A DNA stretch of 64,000 bases, from NCBI RefSeq assembly GCF_009914755.1, contig NC_060940.1; one strand, written 5' to 3'. Position 1 is the stretch's first letter. Each line of letters starts with the position of its first letter. A program made the translations under genes and the position numbers. The notes under the pieces were generated by a model. The model was not told the DNA's origin, ran no database searches, and saw only the letters and a list, made by a program, of their open reading frames with translations. This DNA comes from the human T2T-CHM13v2.0 reference genome, Homo sapiens. Shown here piece after piece: positions 53,180 through 64,000 of the stretch.

Positions 53180-54247
53180 TCAAAAAAAAAAAAAAAAAAA
53201 AAGAGTAACAACTAATAGAACTGTTCATATGTGTTCAATCAAATAGGACCAATTAAATAGAGCGGAGAACCCTCATTTAGCCTCTAGAAGGGAGGAAGAT
53301 TAGGAGCAGAAAATTACAAACAAGGACTGATCAGGACCTCAGCAGCGTGGTCACTGACTTAAATATGGCCTGTGAGAGGTGACCAAAATGAGTGTGCATA
53401 TAGGGAATAATTAATAAAGGCAGGTGCCAGCCCAGATTAGTATGAGACAAAGAGTCACAAGGCCCAGCCTCCAGTACTCACTGGCTGTGTTGCTGTGGCC
53501 AAGTCACTTGACAGGCCTCAGGTCCCCATATGCCCCTATCACAGGCTTTGGGGTTCAATTAAATAAGACCAAATGCTGGCACCAGGCCTCATGAATTACC
53601 CTAGGGTATGACTTAGAATGCAAATGATTGAACAGATGAGGGACTAATCAGTCTGGGAATTCATGAAATATATCAGGAGTTGACCTCACCCAAAATGTGC
53701 TGGAGAAGCTCATTAACTATGGGCTGTGATGAAGCTGCATTAACTATGGTGTGGGTGGAATACATGCAATATCACACCTCCCTAAATGGTGGTGGCTGAG
53801 TCCCCAGACATGGAATCAGTTCAGGTGACATGCCTTTTCTCCTAATCCTAACTCTAATCACCTAGCTACTCTCCCATGTTACAAATGGAACCAAGGCGCA
53901 CAGAAGGAAACAACTTAGCCAAGATGCTTCCACTTCTGAATTGGTCACAGTTGAACATGTGTGCATGGAAAGTATAAGAATAGCTGTATGTTTATTTGCT
54001 CATTCACTGTCTCTGGAGAGGGGTTTACTTTTTCAGCAGTGAAGGGTCATGGTTAAGGCCTGCCTGGTAATGGAAGCCTGCTTATGTTCAAATCTTGATT
54101 CTTTCCTAAGTGAAATGTTCATTCTTTCGGTTACTAGTGTGATCAATGGCTAATAATCTGAAGTTTATTTCCTCATCTGTAAAATGAGAATAATATTAGG
54201 ACGGTAGGACCTAGGACACTAGGTTTTTGTGATGGATAAATGTGTTA

Positions 54248-54442
<195 letters not shown>

Positions 54443-54849
54443 TCACTTGAACCCAGGAGGCGGAGGTTGCAGTGAGCTGAGATTGCACCGCTGAGATTGC
54501 ACCATTGCACTCCAGCCTGGGACACAGAGTGAGACTCTGTCTCAAAAAATAAAAAATAAATAAATAAATAAAAAGGGTTCAGGTATATAAAATGCTGAGT
54601 GCAGCATAAGTGTTCAATAGCTAGTGTCTCTTGGAAACATCTTACTGGGGGAAAGTGAGGCCCTTTGGCCAAAAAACCTAAGGGTTTTTATCCTAAACCT
54701 GATAAAAAACATTTGCGTCTCTAGGCCTGCTCGTTAATGAGGAACATAGTGGTGGTATTGGAGAGGCATCACAGTATTCAGGTGGCAGAAAGATTCAGGA
54801 GCTGGGAAGTGCCTTAAATTAGACCTGCTCTGGTGCAGTATGAGTGGGG

Positions 54850-55640
<791 letters not shown>

Positions 55641-56543
55641 AACAGGGTCTCCAGTCCAGGCAATGCAACATCTCCCCACCCATCGCCCTGAAGGAAGTGT
55701 GAAAAAGCAAGTAGGGTCCTGAGAAGCTCTGTTCTAGAGGTAGCATCCAAATGGTAAAATTCTCACACACAAACTCCAGGGGAATTTGGAGAAGGGAAGA
55801 AAGCAAGAGAAAAGACTTCTTTTTTTTTCTTTTTTTTAAATTAAGATGGAGTCTCACACTGTCACCCAGGCTGTAGTGCAATGGCGCTATCTTGGCTCAC
55901 TGCAACCTCCACCTCCTGGGTTCGAGCGATCCTCTGGCCTTAGCTTCCTGAGTAGCTGGGACTACAGGCATGTGCCACCATGCCTGGCTAGCTTTTGTAT
56001 TTTTAGTAGAAACGGGGGTTTCACTATGTTGGCCAGGCTGGTCTTGAACTCCTGACCTCAAGTGGTCCGCCTGCCTCGGCCCCCCAGAGTGCTGAAATTA
56101 CAGGCATGAGCCACTGTGCCCAGGCGAGAAGAGACTTCTTATTGGACCAGGTTTCACACAATCTTAAAGCTCAGAGACGGTTGTTGCTTTGTTTGTTTAA
56201 AGAAGAGGAAACCGAGGCACAGAAAGGCTGAATGGTTTTGCCCCCAATCACTGAGAGCTGGGCTTGAAGCTCAGGTTCAAAGAACATTAAAAAAAAAAAA
56301 AAACCCTTTGAAATAAAATCCATGACTCAATTTTCTAGTCACAACCCATCAGCAGCTCTGCAGCTAAAAAACAGAAGCTTCACCAATACGAGTTGGTAGC
56401 TGCAGGTAATTAAATAGCCTTAAGCCACCCTACGCCACAAGGAAAAAAAAACAAACAGCCCGATATGGAGCCAATCAGATCACTGTGGGAACTTACAGAT
56501 CCTTTGACCAAAACCTTATCTGAAGGAGGGGATAAGCCCTTAC

Positions 56544-56635
56544 TTTTCAACGAATTTGCCGAATCCAAATTCGAGCATATTTGAGAGGCAGGTCGTTTCG
56601 GTGGGCTTTATCTCATAGCCAACAATCTCACTGAT
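56544..56635 (-). CDS. DNAH3: Dynein heavy chain exon (ISEIVGYEIKPT...GKFVEK)
   Basis: ttttctttgcag acceptor, AA/gtaagg donor; 92 nt, phase 0 to 2. Confidence 0.92.
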
Positions 56636-56675
56636 CTGCAAAGAAAAGAGGAAAGCAAATGTTTGTTGTCCGAGG

Positions 56676-58222
56676 CAGTGCTGTCCAGTAGAACCTTCTG
56701 TGATGATGGAGATGTTCTTTTTATCTGCACTGCTCAGCATAACAGCCACGAGTGGCAGGTGGCTGTTGAGCACCAGAGATGTGGCTAGTGTGACTGAGGA
56801 ATTTATTTTTAAATTAAATTAAAAAAATTTTTTGAGACAGTCTCACTCTGTCTCCCAGGCAACACAGTGCCATCATAGCTCACTGCTGCTTTGACCTCCC
56901 AGGCCCAAGCAATCCTCCCACATCAGCCTCCCCAGTAGCTGGGGCCACAGGCACACACCACCTTGCCTGGCTAATTTTTAAATTTATTGTAGAGATAGGG
57001 TCTTGCTGTGTTGCTCAAAGTGGTCTCAAACTCCTGGCCTCAAGCGATCCTCCCACCATAGCCTCCCAAAGTAGTCACATTACAGGAGTGAGCCGCCACA
57101 CCCAGCTAATTTTAATTAGACAGGGTCCTGCTTTGTTGCCCAGGCTGAAGTGCAGTGGTGTGATCATGACTCACTGCAGCCTTGACCTCCCAGGCTCAAG
57201 TGGTCCTCCTCCCTCGACCTCCTGAGCAGCTGGGACCACTGGCATACAACACCATGCCTGGCTAACCTTTTTCTTTTTAAAAATTTTTTTGTAGAGATGG
57301 GGTCTCGCTATGTTTTCCACGCTGGTCTTGAACTCCTATACTCAAGCAATCCTCGCACCTTGATCTCCCAAAAATGCTGGGATTACAGGTGTGAGCCATC
57401 ATGCCCAGTCCCTTTTACTTTGTAAAATGTGGCTACTAGAAACTTTAAAATTATTGGCTGGGTGCAGTGGCTTACTCCTGTAATCCCAGCACTTTGGGAG
57501 GCTGAGGCGGGCGGATCACTTGAGGTCAGGTGTTCAAGACCAGCCTGTCAAACAGGTGAAACCCTGTCTCTACTAAAAATACAAAAATTAGCTGGGCACG
57601 GTGGCAGGTGCCTGCAATCCCAGCTACTTGGGAGGCTGAGGCAAAAGAACAGCTTGAACCGGGAGGTGGAGGCAGGAATCAGCCGAGATCGCACCACTGC
57701 ACTCCAGCCTGGGCAACAGAGTGAGACTCCATCTCAAAAAAAAAAAAAAATTACACAAATGGCTCACGTTATATTTGTACTAGTCACAGAGGGCCAGTTT
57801 TGGCATCTATCAGTGCAGTTTCTCCCTAAGATCAAATGTTACCTTGTTCCATCTTGCTTTTTTTTTAACAGTTAAATTTTTATTATTTTTTAAATTTTTA
57901 TTATTTTTTAAATTTTTCTTTTTCCATACTTTTTTTTTTTTGAGAGAGAGTCTCGCTCTGTCACCCAGGCTGGAGTGCCATGGCGCAATCTCGGCTCACT
58001 GCAACCTCTGTCTCCTGGGTCCAATGATTTTCCTGCCTCAGCCTCCCAAGTAGTTGGGATTACAGGTGCATGGCACCACGCCCGGCTAATTTTTGTATTT
58101 TTAGTAGAAATGGGGTTTCGCCATGTTGGCCAGACTGCTCTCGAACTCCTGACCTCAGGTGATTTGTCTGCCTCGGCCTCCCAAAGTGTTGGGATTACAG
58201 GCGTGAGCCACTGCACCTGGCC
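56676..58222. mobile_element. MER3/MER33-like MITE remnants interleaved with four Alus (56827-57106 -, 57117-57409 -, 57456-57750 +, 57930-58222 -)
   Basis: cagtgctgtccagtagaacc... start; tgtggctactagaaactttaaaatta|Alu|cacaaatggctcac. Confidence 0.7.
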
Positions 58223-59165
58223 AGACCAGGAGATTTTTTTATAATGACTCAGAAAGCACAAAAGCAAGGAACCCAGAAGTAGTTACCGTTGAAATAACGG
58301 TCTTGGAAGACCAAGAGTGTTATAGGCACATGATGAAAAAATAACCAAAATAACACTAATTGCAAATAGGACATCAGAAATGCACCTTAGTGTAGTGATC
58401 CAAAAAGCCTTTTAGATTTGTGGCTTCCATTTCGTTTGAAACCACAGTAGCAACCCCTTTGCTGTTATCTATAAAGTCTGTGCCCCAAACGTAAGGCTCT
58501 AACTTTTTCTACCTACGTTCTGTAAATGACCAGAACCCCCAGCACAGCCATGGCCTTGCTTCAGAAGATCCAGCTTCTAGACTTGAGTGCTACAGATGGC
58601 TCATCCTTCAGATCCCCCCTGCCAGAGCTAGCATCTGTGGCAGTGGATCTCCTAAGTTAGGCATCAGGGCAGAGAATGACATCCCCAGGCCTGGGGCTGT
58701 CCCCAGGGCGGCCTGTGGTGTGACCTACATACACTGCAGGGAGGAATGGGCTCTGCCTAGGGGCAGTCCGGAGAGTATCTAGGGGCCTTTGTCCTTTCTG
58801 AACTTGCCTCTTAACTGCTCAGCCCACTGGGCTTCCATTTAGGGGCTCACTCCTTGGGAGCCACTGTCCTAGGGCTGTGCTCCCCGGCCCTCTCTCACTG
58901 TGGTTTACTGCCCCCTACTGCCCGCTCCCTTCCTCTGACCGGACCTTTTTTGCCTTTTTGACTTTTCCAGGCTGAGTCAAACAGTGTAGAAAAATTCCAA
59001 TCCCCTTTCCCACCACCAACTAGCCATCTGACAATTCATCTCTCCAAGTCTCAGTTTTCCAATCCGTGAAATGGAGATAATAATAATCTCCACTTCAAAG
59101 GCCTGTTTTAAGGGTGAAATGTGAGAATCCAAATAAAGTATACAACACAGTACCCAGCACCATAG

Positions 59166-59504
<339 letters not shown>

Positions 59505-60138
59505 TAGGCGTGAGCCACGGCACCTGACTGGGATTTTTTAAATTTAAATTAATTAATTTTTTAAATAGATGGGTCACACTATGTTGCCCAGGTTGGCCTC
59601 AAGCTCCTGGCCTCAAGTGATCCTCCTGTCTCGGCCTCCTAAAGTGCTGAGATTAGTGGTGTGAGCTACCTCGCTTGGCCTGGTTGGGATTTTCTGAGTG
59701 CCCACATACAAGAATAGCATCATAGAGGAAGCACCAGGTGGAGCAGATGGCTTTCCCGGCCCCGCGGCATGTTCTCCAAATGCCATCGACAAGGACACTC
59801 TTGATAGTGCCATCTCATAGAGAAACCTGGCACTACCAGAGGCCACCTGTCCCACCTAAGCTCCCTAACCCCCCCATCCCCCCGATGCAGGTCAAAGTCC
59901 TAGTTAGGCTGGGTCCGTAGAGAGAGGCACCCCGTGAGCACCAGCTGACAGCAACTCCTCCTCTGCGGATCCCTCTGCTGGGGCGTTTCAAAACCAGAAG
60001 TCATGGCCAGGCACTGTGGCTCACGCCTGTAATCCCAGCACTTTAGGAGGCCAAGGCAGGAGGATCACTTGAGGCCAGGAATTTGAGACCAGCCTGGGCA
60101 ACATAGTAAGACCCCCCCCATCTCTATTTTAAAAATTA

Positions 60139-60342
<204 letters not shown>

Positions 60343-61755
60343 TCAGGAGACTGAGGCAGGAGAACTGCTTGAATGTAGTGAGCCGAGATCATGTCACTGC
60401 ACTCCAGCCTGGGTGACACAGTGAGATTCCACCTCAAAAAAAAAAAAAAAAAAAAGAAAAACAGAGGTCTACTCAGACAGCCTATCTCTTGTCTATACAT
60501 CACCCCATCCTTTGGTTAGGTCTCCAGTTCAAGACTTTTTGGGAAACTGAAAGTAGCTTCTCCCTACAAAAAGACCCTGACTCTCTCATGTATTAAGAGA
60601 GTCTTCCTCTCTCTTCCTAGGGAGAACAAAGTGCTCCTTGTCACTGTGTTGTCATTGGGTCCTTTCAGAGAGAATTTCCTCAGTCTTATACGTGGCTTTT
60701 TTTTCCCCCCGTTACCCAGGCTGGAGTGCAGTGACACGATCATGGCTCAATGCAGCCTTGACATCCTTGGCCCAAGCAATCCTCCCACCTCAGCCTCCCA
60801 AGTTGCTGGACCACAAATGTGCACCACTACACCTAGCTAATATTAATTAATTAATTAGGGAGAGATGGGGGTCTCACTATGTTGCCCAGGCTGGGCTCAA
60901 ACTATCCTCCTGCCTCAGCTTCTCAAAGTGTTAGGATTATGGTCTTGAGCCACCGTGCCTGGTCTTGAATGTGGTTCTGAGAGGGGGAATTACAGGCCAA
61001 GTCAGAGAAGAATCTTCCCAAAGAAAGCCATTTTCACTTCTAATTCCATACAGAGCGACTCCTGGTAAAGGATGTTTCAAGGCCATTGCTAGCCCTTGGA
61101 AGTGACAATTATTTTAGAAACACAGTGAGTTTTCTTTTTTCTGCTTAGTGTTCACACCACACTTATCACCCTCACACTTGGTTCCTTATAAAAATCCCAG
61201 CTATTTTTAAGGAGAATATTTATTTTTCTAATTTGTAGGCCCAAAGGGCTGAAAGAGGAGTGCAAAGTTATTTCTGAACCTGTTTGACAATAAAATGCCA
61301 CACCAAAGTCATCCTAAGTGGGAATCATCTGGTATTATTAGCAACCCCCAGGGAGGGATGTGACTTTCTTTTTTGTGTATCCTAGGTCAAGGAGCAAATC
61401 AAGGTCCTCTCACTGTATTGAACATCCCTGTTGCACCTTGGAGGCTCTTGGCCTCCAAAAGCCCATCTGCTTAGGAAGCAGGAAGGAGACCCTTTGTGGT
61501 CATTGGCTCGAACAACACTCAACGAACCACGACCAATGGGGGTTCCAAGGAAAGGGCCAACCTGTCCAGGGGGCAGGGAGTTCATTCTCTTCCTTCAGAA
61601 GTCTTGCCACTCTCATTTGCTATCCCTTTGCCCTTAAATAGAGTCTCCTTTCGGAAAGGAGAAGCTTGACCTAGTAATGTTTCCTGCCTTCCCAAGGACA
61701 GTCAGGGCCAGGCCTGGGCTGCGCTGCTTGGGGGCGGGCAGTGATTGATAGAAAC

Positions 61756-61967
61756 CTGCTGCCAGTGTCGGTCTTTCATTCCTGGGTTGCAGGAAATACT
61801 GAGGATGGGAATGTACTGCTTGAACTTATCGATCTTGATCTTCACATTCTCTGCTAAGCGCCTGGGTGCAGGCACATCAGACAAGGTCTTGATCAGTTTA
61901 TACGTTGTCCTCCACATATTCCCTATCTCCTCCGCAATTTGCTCAGCATTCAGTAAGAAGAGGGGTC
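61756..61967 (-). CDS. DNAH3: Dynein heavy chain exon (GPLFLLNAEQIAEE...NPGMKDRHWQQ), tail/linker
   Basis: tatttcag acceptor, CAG/gtttct donor; 212 nt, phase 1 to 0; conserved NPGM..RHW motif. Confidence 0.93.
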
Positions 61968-62274
61968 CTGAAATAGAAGAGTGAGGGAAAGGTCAGACCA
62001 TCATGTGGATGTTAGTCATGCGTACCTTTAATTCCCTGAACTTAGAGCTGTGCCTCCTGTCGTTTGGAGATTGGAACACATACAGGCTTTGAGGATCTGA
62101 AACCTGCACTTAGCCAGTGGAACCTTAGATATGATACAGGACTTTTCTAAGCCTCAACAGTAACTCCTGTGACACAGGGGTAATAATGGATACCCTGGAA
62201 GGTGATTGTGGAAATTCAGTGAGATAATATACAGTGGCTAACATAATGCCTGGCATATAATGGATGTACAATTA

Positions 62275-62463
<189 letters not shown>

Positions 62464-62659
62464 TTATTATTGGTTTTAGAATCTGCTATAGTAGTAATTA
62501 AAAGTGCTTCACAAAAGCCATGAAATATTAACCATCGGGGAAAGGTGAATGGAGATATGAGAGGGAGGCTGAGGCAGGCAGATTGTTTGAGGTCAGGAAT
62601 TCAAGACCAGCTTGTGCAACATGGTTAAACCTCATTTCCACTGAAAATGCAAAAAATTA

Positions 62660-62800
<141 letters not shown>

Positions 62801-64000
62801 TCAAAAAATATATGTATTTTAAAAGCAAAAAGTAACACCTCATTGTTTAAACTTACTCCAAAACACTAATTTCCTTCCCCTTCCTTTATTTTGCTAAGAA
62901 CCTTTAGCATTTGGGTTTCACATCCAGCCAAGACCTTTCCATGCTGCTGCCCCTGCTTGGATATTTCAAATTGGTATTAACTCTTGCTATGTGATGTTGC
63001 TAACTTACTCAAAAACACTTCTTCAGGAGTGCTGAAACTAAATCTAACTTCATTAATTTCACATGCTTCATCAACCCAACATTTTTGTTGCGTGATTAAA
63101 AATTTAAATTAAAAAAAAGTATCCTTCATGCACCAGGAAATATTGTAGGTGCTGGGCTAGAATAGAAAGGCACCTACGCAACAAGTGAGTAGCCTGTACT
63201 TGGGAGGGTTTGGCTGAATTATCACGGTGACTTTCCCAGTAGGATGAATAAAGTAGGTAAGGCTAACACTTCATTGTTCCCACTCTATAGTTGTAAGAGT
63301 GAAGCACAAACAGAGTGACTTGCCTGGGTTATTTGCAATCACTCAGGCAAAGAGGAGTAGTAGTAGCATTTCTATTAGAAGCAATTTCCCTCTGGTTATG
63401 ATTATCTAGAGACAGCCTGAACTGACAAATTTATATCTACAACAAGAGAGAAGAACATAAAATAATCCAGGGATTTTAGACACTGCTATTTGAAGAGCAG
63501 TTATGGATCCCTTTATCCACATGACGTGGTAGCTTCTCACCTCATAGCTTATGGAAAGGCTATATTCTGAAATTCTAACTCTGATCTTAAAGGATGAGAC
63601 AGCAGGTGGAAATTTTTGTAGCCCTGTGGATACAGTCAACTCAGTCAAGATTCAAATATGGAGGTTGCAGGAAATATTAATAAATTCTAGGGTCCTGTCC
63701 AGTCCAGAAATTCCAGAGTTCTAAGAAACATTGCTGAAGTCATTCTTCAAGGTTAATGATCTTCAGCCCCATGAATGTAAACAAATAACTTCTAGGCAAA
63801 GAAGCAATGTGAGGCCATGCAATTAACCACGTCTGCCTATTCTAACTCCCCACTAAATGATCAAAGGCAGATAATAAAGGGAAAAACATGTGTCTCTACT
63901 GGAAATTAAAGAAGGTGCCATCAAAATGTGAGCTATAGGGAGAAATTTCTGTAGGATATTCACAGTAGTTTTCCAAGTTTAGCAGGCATCAGAACTGCCA

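Noticed and set aside
58287-58470. Exon-like segment on the minus strand (ctttatag/...AAG/gtgcat)
   Set aside because: Stop codon in the required phase-0 frame, weak donor, no dynein similarity; flanking exons already join in phase
63300-64000. Non-repetitive-looking sequence and 80-aa ORF at the window end, checked for a dynein exon or pseudogene
   Set aside because: No recognisable protein motif or convincing splice pair; cannot be assigned without a database search

Overview
Primate (human or great-ape) genomic DNA, entirely inside an axonemal dynein heavy chain gene on the minus strand, which I recognise as DNAH3. I traced 20 consecutive GT-AG coding exons from 61967 down to 1942 (2875 nt). 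Every phase joins in frame, covering the end of the tail/linker, the AAA1 motor module (Walker A GPAGTGKT, Walker B CFDEFNR, sensor TMNP) and most of AAA2 ([17 protein letters not shown]). The introns are mostly transposon-derived: about 60 Alu pieces plus L1, L2/MIR, MaLR/ERV1 LTRs and hAT/mariner MITEs. The standout is a full-length (~6.03 kb) L1PA2-type LINE-1 at ~17572-23607. It lies sense to the gene in the intron that splits AAA1, with open ORF1 (338 aa), ORF2 (1275 aa) and ORF0. Despite the open frames it carries substitutions at functionally important positions (endonuclease Y115F, ORF1p T203M). It is the innermost layer of an apparent L2>AluJ>AluS>L1 nest, and its insertion puts an Alu-derived splice acceptor 20 nt past its 5' end, predicting a 98-aa ORF0-Alu fusion antisense to DNAH3. 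I see no evidence of a wholly new biological system: the candidates are locus-specific retroelement-host interactions and are inferences. Repeat subfamily names and consensus comparisons are from memory and need RepeatMasker/Dfam confirmation; repeat coordinates are approximate.
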